64,000 bases of DNA from an uncultured Candidatus Saccharibacteria bacterium (lineage in GTDB: Bacteria; Patescibacteriota; Minisyncoccia; Phycocordibacterales; Phycocordibacteraceae), in contig CAYXYP010000004.1 in NCBI GenBank assembly GCA_964469405.1, positions 7,717 through 71,716 on the forward strand. The letters run 5' to 3'. The position numbers and the translations under genes were made by a program. The stretch's first letter is position 1. Every line of letters begins with the position of its first letter. This document shows, in pieces, positions 9,534-18,206 of the stretch. The notes below the pieces were generated by a model. The model searched no databases, was not told where the DNA came from, and worked only from the letters and a program-made list of their open reading frames with translations.

Positions 9534-10717
9534 TCTCTATATACGGTATCCATTTTCCGGGCGACATCTTTCCATGATTGTCCTTTGCCAAAAATGGCGT
9601 TCGCCTCTTTTATTTTCTGTACGCTTGTTGCATTGCTCGGATCAAGAAGCCACAAAACTTTTTCGGCAACTTTTTTATCATCGTGTACCGGAAGACAAAA
9701 ACCATTCACGCCGTCTTTGATAAGTCCAGGGAGGCCATACACATCGGATACAACACAGGGAATCCCTTGGCTCATTCCTTCGCGTACGACATTGCAACCA
9801 CTCTCCCATAATGCCATGTGTACCATGGCAACGGCATGTCGCATGAGATAATATTTATCAATTCCGCGGACGACACCAGTGAATACAATACGCTTTCCAA
9901 GCCGAAGCTCTGCTATAAGGTTTTTCAGTTTTTGTTCATATGTCGCATCTTGCAATTGACCAATGACCACAAACTTCATGTTCTCCGGTAGATGCGCGAG
10001 TGCTCGAATCGTTGTTTCGATATTTTTGATCGGGTACACTCGTGCGACTTGAATGATATATCTGCCGTACGTTGCAACCGCTTTTTTAACATCTGCGCTC
10101 GCTAAAGCGTCAATATCTCCATACGCTTCATCTTCGAGCCCGTTGTCTATCAAGTGAACCTTTTCGGGCCTAATATATTTCACTTCTTCCGTTCGTTCCC
10201 ACTCCGATACTGCGCGCACGCCATCAACGGTGGCGTTTATAAGCCATGCACCAAGTGTGTGAGTGTATATCTTTTTTACGAAACGACTTACGGGAGGGAA
10301 CATTGACCATTCGGGACTAAAACCACCATGCGGGGTGAGTATAAGCGCAAATTCTTTCTTCCCAATTATTTTAAATAAAAGCGCATAAAAGAGATACCGC
10401 ACAAAGAATATGTCAAAATTATGAAGTGCGATGACATCAGTCTCTCCCCAATGTAGTTCAGGAGAAAATCCGAATACGCCACTCTCGTATCTTTTTACGC
10501 GGAGGCCATTCATGATCTCTTCTGCTACGAGTATATTTTTCTCAGTGTATGTATCTCTGAGTGTATGTATGGTTACATCCCAGCCGAGCGTATTCTGCAA
10601 GGCGACATACGTCTGCATAATGTTATTCTCGATACCTCCTGCAACGGGGTAGAAATACTTCGTGATAACGTCCACGTGTTTTTTTGGCACATTTACGAGA
10701 GTAGTCATGGCTGTCAT
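9515..10717 (-). CDS. GT4 (GT-B, group 1) glycosyltransferase
   Basis: The C-terminal EGMSQGIPCVVSDVYGLPGLIKDGVNGF matches the EX7E-type GT4 donor-binding motif. The ORF is 400 aa. It overlaps both neighbours by 19 nt and 4 nt. Confidence 0.8.
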   Translation of the reverse strand: MTAMTTLVNVPKKHVDVITKYFYPVAGGIENNIMQTYVALQNTLGWDVTIHTLRDTYTEKNILVAEEIMNGLRVKRYESGVFGFSPELHWGETDVIALHNFDIFFVRYLFYALLFKIIGKKEFALILTPHGGFSPEWSMFPPVSRFVKKIYTHTLGAWLINATVDGVRAVSEWERTEEVKYIRPEKVHLIDNGLEDEAYGDIDALASADVKKAVATYGRYIIQVARVYPIKNIETTIRALAHLPENMKFVVIGQLQDATYEQKLKNLIAELRLGKRIVFTGVVRGIDKYYLMRHAVAMVHMALWESGCNVVREGMSQGIPCVVSDVYGLPGLIKDGVNGFCLPVHDDKKVAEKVLWLLDPSNATSVQKIKEANAIFGKGQSWKDVARKMDTVYRDCMPKI

Positions 10718-12450
10718 TTTATTATTACAGCAGTTGAAATCACCGCATATCGCGGATCATTAAACAAAAGATCCTCATCGGCGAGCTCTTCTTTTGCGAG
10801 CCCAACCCAAAACGCTTGTCCAGAAAGGACATTCCCATACGAAGAAACAAGTATATGTTCCGGTGAGACACATTTCCCAAAAAGATATTTGAGCGAGGTG
10901 GGAGTATATCTCCAATAGCATCGTTCCGGATTTTGCATTACTCCCATAGACGAGACGGTGACGAGAAGCACACCTCCTGGTTTCAATATGCGAACAGCTT
11001 CCCGCGCCGCAGACTCGTGATCGTCAATGACCCCGAGCGTGTGCGTAAGAATGATGCAGTCGTAGGTATTTTCCGGAATATGACTCATATTTCTCAAATC
11101 ACCATACAAATTCGCCCTCTTATTTTTTATATCTACATCAAGCACATCACTTTTTGTCACTTTGGCACCACCGAAACGGGCGGTGTAGTCGTTAGTACAT
11201 ATTTCAAGACAGTAACCACGTATATATGCCGCATTAGTTTCTAAAAATAACTCGATGTAGTGACGATCAATCGGAGTGCCTCGGTCAAAACCAAATTTTT
11301 TGCTTATTGGGAAAAGGGAGTATTTTGATTTTGGTCGAAAAAAACGCATGAAAAGAGTACGAATTCTCCCAAGAAGAGAGACGAACATGTCTATAATGGT
11401 CGACCTTGGATAGACCGATTGGCTTCGCAAGGCATCTCCCGATAAATCATGAGATATATCACTCCACTCATATACAACAGCATTAAAGCATCGAAAGTTT
11501 AATTTGAGGCGTTCTTCACTCTCTGTATCGTGGAGTAATTGGACGGCGGATATTGCAAAAAGCGCACGAAATATTTTTGCAGTTTCTTGCGATTTGCCAT
11601 ATAGCGATGCGACACCATTTAGAACGACCTTTCGAGATTCATCGTTATCCCACTCCCAATGCAATGAGTTGGTAAATATTTGGAGCAAACTTGTAAAAGC
11701 ATTATCGCCAAAATCAATGATAACAACCCCTTCTTTGTTTACGAGGACATTCTCAAAATGAAAATCTCGATGAACTAACCCTTCATGCCAATGTGAGGCA
11801 AGAGGTGGAACTGCTTGCAGAACCATCGGTATTGTTCGTATGAGAGTCGGTATTTCTCGAGGATATCGGATAGCGGCGTATACAAGACTGACACCATAAG
11901 CAAATAGCGTGTCGGATAGTGTACGTCTGGGAATCTGGCTTTTTTCAGAGGCGTTGAATTGGTCACCAATATATTTCCAAAAATCAATTGCGAGATTAAA
12001 GGTTTCGTATTTTTTTGAAAATGGAGTGACATCTTTTAAATGTATACAATTTTCTATATACTCAAAGACCGCCAGAATATGCGTAGGAGATATTTCCTTT
12101 TCTAAAAGGCGAGGGATGCATATGTGCCGGTATTTCTCTTCAAGTGAGGACCCAATGCGATCCAGCACCCCATGGAGAAGCATGTACAACCGAATCTCGT
12201 TCATGAGTTGGTAGTATTCGTATGTTTGAACTGGCCCCCTCCATATTTTGATAAGAACTTTGTGTCCCTGATTATTTTCGTATACACCAATACCGCGCGG
12301 AGAACTTACGAGAACGGTGTGCAATCGAAAGCCATTGTATTCCGCAGGAAGTGATGTGTCAGAGTCAATTCGCTTGAACAAGCTTACTACGCTAGTTTTT
12401 AATACTAGAGATATGTGCCAGAAAATGTTTGTTTGCTTTATAATAGTCAT
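10714..12450 (-). CDS. fusion of a protein-kinase-like/aminoglycoside-phosphotransferase-like kinase domain and a class I SAM-dependent methyltransferase
   Basis: HRDFHFENVLVNKEGVVIIDFGD gives an HRD catalytic loop plus a DFG motif. The C-terminal DCIILTHTLGVIDD...ILKPGGVLLVTVSS is a Methyltransf_11-type fold. Confidence 0.65.
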   Translation of the reverse strand: MTIIKQTNIFWHISLVLKTSVVSLFKRIDSDTSLPAEYNGFRLHTVLVSSPRGIGVYENNQGHKVLIKIWRGPVQTYEYYQLMNEIRLYMLLHGVLDRIGSSLEEKYRHICIPRLLEKEISPTHILAVFEYIENCIHLKDVTPFSKKYETFNLAIDFWKYIGDQFNASEKSQIPRRTLSDTLFAYGVSLVYAAIRYPREIPTLIRTIPMVLQAVPPLASHWHEGLVHRDFHFENVLVNKEGVVIIDFGDNAFTSLLQIFTNSLHWEWDNDESRKVVLNGVASLYGKSQETAKIFRALFAISAVQLLHDTESEERLKLNFRCFNAVVYEWSDISHDLSGDALRSQSVYPRSTIIDMFVSLLGRIRTLFMRFFRPKSKYSLFPISKKFGFDRGTPIDRHYIELFLETNAAYIRGYCLEICTNDYTARFGGAKVTKSDVLDVDIKNKRANLYGDLRNMSHIPENTYDCIILTHTLGVIDDHESAAREAVRILKPGGVLLVTVSSMGVMQNPERCYWRYTPTSLKYLFGKCVSPEHILVSSYGNVLSGQAFWVGLAKEELADEDLLFNDPRYAVISTAVIIK

Positions 12451-12453
12451 ATT

Positions 12454-15400
12454 TTATGTTCGATTTACCAAAGAAGCTTCGTGGTGGGATATAAATTCCC
12501 GACTGGAAATTGCCTCAATAAATTTTTGACTGCTCTTGCTCCACTCAAAATTCTGTGACCATACAATCGCGTATCTTGAGAGAATCTTCCGGAGTGTCCC
12601 ATCAACGAGCACTAGAATTATCTTTTCTGCGAGAGCTCCAGTATCACCATACGGGACCAGGAGTCCCGTCTCGCCATCGCGTACAGAATCGCGAAGGCCG
12701 GAGACATCTGACGCAATGACGGGCGTACCGCAGGCATTCGCTTCAATCGTAGTTATTCCCCAGCCCTCAATCATAGATGGAGTGACAAAAACCCAGGATG
12801 TTCGCAAAATATCACGCTTCTCTTCCTCGGATACCTTTCCACGAAAAGAAACTGAATTTCCGAGGTCGAGTTTCTGCGTCAATCTCTTCAAATTATTTTC
12901 TTCCTCACCATCCCCAGCAATAATAAGCTCTGCATCGGGAACACGAGCCAGAACTTCTTTGAATGCCTCGATGAGCACATGGACAGACTTGTGTTCTTTC
13001 AGTCTTCCAACATAGGACACTGTTGGCACGAATGCTTTCTTTCCAGGAGTTAGGAAATTTGTATCAATGCCCGGATTTACCACCTGAATATCTTTGGTCG
13101 TTATGTTGAGCGTCTCCATAGCCTGTTTTGAAGAATCTGACACCGTAATGAAGTTGCAGTTGCGATACACAAGCGGCATAAAATCTCTTTCGAGGAAGCA
13201 AGCAAAACTGGAAAGTGGCCACACGAGCGATTTGCGGAATACGTCTTGATGAATGTGGTGTACCAGGCAATACACGGGTTCTGTAGCATACAGCGGAGTA
13301 AAGAAGGGGATACCATTTTCACTATCTACGATAACGTCGAATGTCCCTCTGAAATGAAATAGATAATAGAGCGAGGCGATGACATAGGTCGCATAGAATC
13401 CACCACGGCGTATGATGCGGACACCATCAGTCTCTCCGTTTGGGGGTAAATGACCGTCATTACTTGTGAACAGGGTCACGGAGTGACCATCCTTTACCCA
13501 CCGTGATGCAAGAGCTTGCACGTATGTCTCGGCGCCGCCGGCAAACACACTTTTGGTATCGCGCCAATTGAAGACAAGAATATTTTTTTTGCCCGGAATA
13601 TGAGGGCGTGCGGGAGGCAATGGTTTATAGATAATAAGGATGTCATAGAGGTTACGATAGGCGTAGAGAAGCTGGTTGTAGAAAATATGTGAAGCCGCAA
13701 TAATTAGGAAATATATGATATTAAACGCTACTGCCGTCTGCACAAATACCGCTACGGAAGAATGGTAGAACACCATACTTGTAAGCATGGAGAGAGATAA
13801 CACTAAAGATATGGCGGGGAAAAAATATCGTTCCCGCGCAAGCTGGTAGAGAACGACGGTTGTTGCAAGCGTGAATAATGTCATGGCGATAGAGTAGGGA
13901 ATGAGATACGGGACAATCATCAGCGCCGATGCGCCAAGAAGAAGCGGTGCAAGAAACCACCCGAACAAAGAGAGGCCGAGCCCTGCCGAAATGCTGAGGA
14001 ATGCCGTACCGACAAAAATCTTCCCAAATTCTTTCTCCGGATCTCTGCCTTTTCCCATCGCACGACTCACCATTGACACGATAAATACATTGAGAAGAGA
14101 ACCGAAAAAATAAATCATTTTCCCGATGGTGGAGAGGAGAGCATAGACGCCGGCGTCATAGGGACTTAAATAATGTTTCGCCAGAATTACGTCGACGCTC
14201 AGAACCATCGCAATCGAAAATCCCTTCATGAGTGATGCTGCATAAAAATCAAGCGAAAATTTCGTTTCCGTCTGGGCCGTTCTTTGGGCAGCTGGAATTT
14301 TTCGGTACACGAGGGCGGCGCAAGCGGTTGAACCAGCCCAACCAAGAAAGATAGAAATAGGTATGGCAAGTGAAGAGAATTCGTATGCACTCATGGAGAC
14401 GAGAATCATGGCTGCGGCGAGTCTCGAACTGGATTCAAAAAGGGCTAGAAACGCAAGCATGCCGAAGCTCCACATGCCTTGCAAGTACCCGGCGTTATAC
14501 GCATTAAGCGATCCGAAGAAAATCGCTGGAGCGAAGGCTGCTATTACCACGTATCCTGACATGTGGAAGAAATCGGAGATAAACGGGACGGAAGCAAACC
14601 ACACGATGCTCCCAATCATGCTCGGAATAAAAATGTGTAGCCATGTGTGACGGAAAAAGAGACTTCCTTTTCCGGGAGCGATTCCTTCAAGATACGAAAC
14701 GGTGTGGTTGAGTGTGGTGCCGACACCGTTAACAAAAAGATTGAGCAGATACACAAACGTGCTTACGAGCGTGATAGTGCCGAAGTCTTCGAAATTAAGA
14801 TGTCTGCCGAGATACGCATTGAATGCAAAGTTGATGATGTTTGCGACTACCGAAGACATCACCAGGAGTCCTGCGCTTGAAGTGATGAATTTTCGTGTCT
14901 TTACGAACCATGTTTCTTTTTCGGTATTGTCACTCAGAATATGGATCAGCTCTGGTTCGTTGTCGGGTACAGCATTTGCCGCCATATCGATGGATGCCGG
15001 TAACGCGGGATTCTTTACGGGTATGAGTGTCAAGACGGTCCGTGGAGGCTGTTTCGCCATGACGGCTTTCATATCGAAAGCGATTTGCGGTACTGGGACG
15101 CGCATCGTCCATGGTATTTGCGGGATAATTTTCACCGGGGCGAGGTGAAGCCCATGAACTGTCTTCGCCCAGTAGTGTGGCTTCACAATTATTTCGTACA
15201 GCGCTTGCCATGCGGCGAAACTCATACCGAGCCAATAGAACGGGATGAGGAAAACGTATTTGATGAGTCCGTCGTATTCGCGCTTCACACAACCGATCAT
15301 GTAGTAGTAGAGATAGAGGAAGTTTCCAAATACAAGCGAAAAGACTCCGATATAGAGTATCGGTCCCGGGAAGAAGGCCTCTATAAAGAGGCCGATCTTT

Positions 15401-16662
15401 GCGCGGAAAAGAAAGTAACAAATCGTCGTCACCCACATGATGGGATTGATGAAAAGCGAAAGTATCTTTCCGCCAACGATGAGCTGGAAAAGAAAAAAAT
15501 CTTTTCCTTTCCCCGCTGTGAAATACTCCTGCGGATTACGCATGTGCACGAAATAGGTCTGGATGTAGCCTTTGATCCACCTGCTGCGCTGGTTGTACCA
15601 ATTCAGGACGTCCGAGTTGGCCTCCTCGTGTGTGGTCGAATCGACGATTGCCGTTTTGTAACCGCGCTTGGCGAGGCGCATACCGAGGTCACAATCCTCG
15701 GTGACGTTAAACGCATCCCAGCCCCCGAGCTCACGGAGCGTGTCTCTGCGGAAATGGTTGGAAGTTCCGCCAAGCGGAATAGGCGCCCCGATTGATTGAA
15801 AGCCGGGGAGAACCAAGTCGAACCAGAGTGAATATTCCGCGCTAAAGAGTCTCGTGAGAATGTTCTGTTGCGGATTATAGAAATTGAGTTTGGCTTGGAT
15901 GCAGGCCACGCTCGCATCTACTTTTTTGAATGCGAGAACCGCCTTCTTAAGTTGGTCGACTTCGGGGACATCCTCGGCGTCGTATATAACGACATACTCG
16001 CCGCTCACATAATTAAGGCCGTAGTTCATCGCCTTCGGCTTGGTCTTCGGCTTTGAGTGCGGCACGACCACGATGTGGAAGTGCTCGGGCAGGGAGGACG
16101 TGCTTATTTTCTGTATGGTTTCCGTATCGTTCTCCTCGAGAAGAAAAAGGACCTGAAGTTTCTCGTGCGGGTAATCAAGTTTCTGCATCGCTTCGACGAA
16201 CTGAGGTACCACCTGCCATTCTTTATAGAGCGGACAGAAGATCGTGTAGGTCGGGCAGTTCTCGTCGCGGAGTCCCGCTATCTCTGATGCGCTGATGCGT
16301 ATTTCGGGGAGCGCTTTGTAGCTTTGGAAAATAATGAACGCACTAAATAGAAGATCGAAAAAATAGAGCACGGTCATCACGCCGAACAGCGCGATGGCGG
16401 TCATCTGCCAATTGAGAACAAATGCAAATGCAAGGAGTCCGATAGCTGTTCCTAAAAATATTTTCTGATGTCTAAGTAAATTGAAAAACGCTGATTCTGT
16501 CACATGCAAATCTGCATGATGAATGAATTCGGCACCCTTGTAATGGAAGCCCGTCTGCATCGTGTTAGACATAATGGGCGACATGTGTGGATCATGCTCC
16601 GGCCCGAAGATGAAACCACGCACTTTCCGGGACAGGTTCGTGTACGCATCAACGTATCTCAT
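12454..16662 (-). CDS. 1402-aa tri-module protein: processive GT2 synthase (cellulose/chitin/PNAG-synthase-like, QxxRW) + about 12-TM Wzx/MOP-flippase-like module + C-terminal GT4 glycosyltransferase
   Basis: The N-terminal domain has DAEDVPE, TEDCDLGMRL and QRSRWIKG (D, D, D, QxxRW) flanked by TM helices. The central ~450 aa is highly hydrophobic and polysaccharide-biosynthesis/flippase-like. The C-terminus reads EGWGITTIEANACGTPVIASDVSGLRDSVRDGETGLLV, a GT4 signature. Confidence 0.75.
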   Translation of the reverse strand: MRYVDAYTNLSRKVRGFIFGPEHDPHMSPIMSNTMQTGFHYKGAEFIHHADLHVTESAFFNLLRHQKIFLGTAIGLLAFAFVLNWQMTAIALFGVMTVLYFFDLLFSAFIIFQSYKALPEIRISASEIAGLRDENCPTYTIFCPLYKEWQVVPQFVEAMQKLDYPHEKLQVLFLLEENDTETIQKISTSSLPEHFHIVVVPHSKPKTKPKAMNYGLNYVSGEYVVIYDAEDVPEVDQLKKAVLAFKKVDASVACIQAKLNFYNPQQNILTRLFSAEYSLWFDLVLPGFQSIGAPIPLGGTSNHFRRDTLRELGGWDAFNVTEDCDLGMRLAKRGYKTAIVDSTTHEEANSDVLNWYNQRSRWIKGYIQTYFVHMRNPQEYFTAGKGKDFFLFQLIVGGKILSLFINPIMWVTTICYFLFRAKIGLFIEAFFPGPILYIGVFSLVFGNFLYLYYYMIGCVKREYDGLIKYVFLIPFYWLGMSFAAWQALYEIIVKPHYWAKTVHGLHLAPVKIIPQIPWTMRVPVPQIAFDMKAVMAKQPPRTVLTLIPVKNPALPASIDMAANAVPDNEPELIHILSDNTEKETWFVKTRKFITSSAGLLVMSSVVANIINFAFNAYLGRHLNFEDFGTITLVSTFVYLLNLFVNGVGTTLNHTVSYLEGIAPGKGSLFFRHTWLHIFIPSMIGSIVWFASVPFISDFFHMSGYVVIAAFAPAIFFGSLNAYNAGYLQGMWSFGMLAFLALFESSSRLAAAMILVSMSAYEFSSLAIPISIFLGWAGSTACAALVYRKIPAAQRTAQTETKFSLDFYAASLMKGFSIAMVLSVDVILAKHYLSPYDAGVYALLSTIGKMIYFFGSLLNVFIVSMVSRAMGKGRDPEKEFGKIFVGTAFLSISAGLGLSLFGWFLAPLLLGASALMIVPYLIPYSIAMTLFTLATTVVLYQLARERYFFPAISLVLSLSMLTSMVFYHSSVAVFVQTAVAFNIIYFLIIAASHIFYNQLLYAYRNLYDILIIYKPLPPARPHIPGKKNILVFNWRDTKSVFAGGAETYVQALASRWVKDGHSVTLFTSNDGHLPPNGETDGVRIIRRGGFYATYVIASLYYLFHFRGTFDVIVDSENGIPFFTPLYATEPVYCLVHHIHQDVFRKSLVWPLSSFACFLERDFMPLVYRNCNFITVSDSSKQAMETLNITTKDIQVVNPGIDTNFLTPGKKAFVPTVSYVGRLKEHKSVHVLIEAFKEVLARVPDAELIIAGDGEEENNLKRLTQKLDLGNSVSFRGKVSEEEKRDILRTSWVFVTPSMIEGWGITTIEANACGTPVIASDVSGLRDSVRDGETGLLVPYGDTGALAEKIILVLVDGTLRKILSRYAIVWSQNFEWSKSSQKFIEAISSREFISHHEASLVNRT

Positions 16663-17395
16663 TTTGTGCGGTAGGAAGAGCGCTATAGCGTCCCAGAATG
16701 CGGTTCCACGATATGTGTGCGAGCTCGCCGAGCGTTTGGAAATAAGAAACAGCGGTAACTTTGGATCCGGCGGGATTGTCCCATACGACGGGAAGTTCCT
16801 TTATCTTGAAGTCATTTTTGCGAGCGATGACTAAAACCTCGATATCAAATCCAAAACGCTCGATAGTCTGTCGCGGGAAAATCGCGTCGGCCGCCTTTGC
16901 GGAAAATAGTTTGAATCCGCGCTGAGTGTCTTCAATTCCCGGCACCGCTAAGAGCTGTACGAGCATGTTTGCACCTGAACCGAGTATTCTGCGGTGCCAG
17001 CCATTATGCTCGGATACGTCGGTGGTATCAGTGATGTGTATAGAACCGATAGCAACGTCGAACCCATTTGAGAGAGAGCGCATGAACATATCGAGGTGTG
17101 AGATATCTACTGAGTTGTCAGCGTCCATAAACAGTCGATAGTCGCCCGTCGCGGCGAGCATTCCGCGCTTGACGGAGAAACCCTTTCCGCTATTTTTTTC
17201 ATTTATTAGAACCTGCAGGTTTTTTATTCTTGACGCATAGCGTCCGGCCACAAAGGCGGTGCCGTCAGTCGAGCCATCGTCGACCACGATCACTTCGACG
17301 GGCATGTCATTATGGGCGAAATATCGTTCGATGCTCTCGAGTGTATTCCCGATACGCGTCGCTTCGTTGTAAGCCGGTATGACTATGGAAAGCAT
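16649..17395 (-). CDS. GT2 polyprenyl-phosphate glycosyltransferase (Dpm1/GtrB-like)
   Basis: MLSIVIPAYNEATRIGNTL...VIVVDDGSTDGT...DADNS is present. I place the start at the ATG at the complement of 17393-17395, just after the GtrA stop. The ORF track extends it to 17455. Confidence 0.75.
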   Translation of the reverse strand: MLSIVIPAYNEATRIGNTLESIERYFAHNDMPVEVIVVDDGSTDGTAFVAGRYASRIKNLQVLINEKNSGKGFSVKRGMLAATGDYRLFMDADNSVDISHLDMFMRSLSNGFDVAIGSIHITDTTDVSEHNGWHRRILGSGANMLVQLLAVPGIEDTQRGFKLFSAKAADAIFPRQTIERFGFDIEVLVIARKNDFKIKELPVVWDNPAGSKVTAVSYFQTLGELAHISWNRILGRYSALPTAQNEIR

Positions 17396-17399
17396 ATTT

Positions 17400-17813
17400 T
17401 TATCCATGAGATTTTTTGAACACCAGGAATCGATAGCCGAGGAAGTTCCATCCAAGCACGACGAAGGTGCCCATCAATGCTCCAATGTTTGCCGCAAGTT
17501 GCGGGGAAGCCTGCTGCACGAAGAGGGTGAAGACGGCAAACGAAATTGATACGTTTATCCAGAAGCCTACCGCGGATATGATGAAGAAAAGTAGTGGCTC
17601 TTTCACGTTTGTCGGCGTGTCGTGCCTAAAGACCCACCATTTATTCAATATGTAGCTATTGGCGACAGCCGCGAGGAAAGAGATGCTCTTGAATACGACG
17701 AAAAGTTCACCATGGACACCGGTACCAAAAAAGTATATTAAAATGTTGAGCACCATTAAATCGAGTGCTGTGTTAAGCACTCCGACACAGAAGAATTTAA
17801 AAAATGTATACAT
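17400..17813 (-). CDS. GtrA-family small membrane protein (polyprenyl-P-sugar translocation partner of GtrB-like GT2)
   Basis: The 137-aa ORF has 4 TM helices. FFKFFCVGVLNTALDLMVLNILIYF is GtrA-like. It is the first gene of the operon. Confidence 0.7.
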   Translation of the reverse strand: MYTFFKFFCVGVLNTALDLMVLNILIYFFGTGVHGELFVVFKSISFLAAVANSYILNKWWVFRHDTPTNVKEPLLFFIISAVGFWINVSISFAVFTLFVQQASPQLAANIGALMGTFVVLGWNFLGYRFLVFKKSHG

Positions 17814-18206
17814 ACGTAAGTACTACGCCGGCCAACCAAGTTGGGCATTACTCCGAGGAGTAATGCCCAGTCAAAACACATATAAGGAAGGAAAGAACGC
17901 GGAGGATTCCCAATGTGACGAGGAAGCGACGCACCAGAACCCTAACATATAGACTGAGGGTATGTCAAATTTCCGTCGCGGAGCATATATAAGGAGTGTT
18001 TTCCCGATTTAAGCTAGACATCCATTGGATGTTTAGTGTATTTCAACCCTGCAATAGAGAGCAAAGTCGATGATATTTTGCACTACAGTATATTGATCAA
18101 GAAAAAATGTCCGTGGGAGCACAACAGTGTATTGAAAATATATGTTTTCGACTCCTCATCACCCGATAAAATACACCCTAATTAAATAGTTATCCCCACG
18201 AATTTT

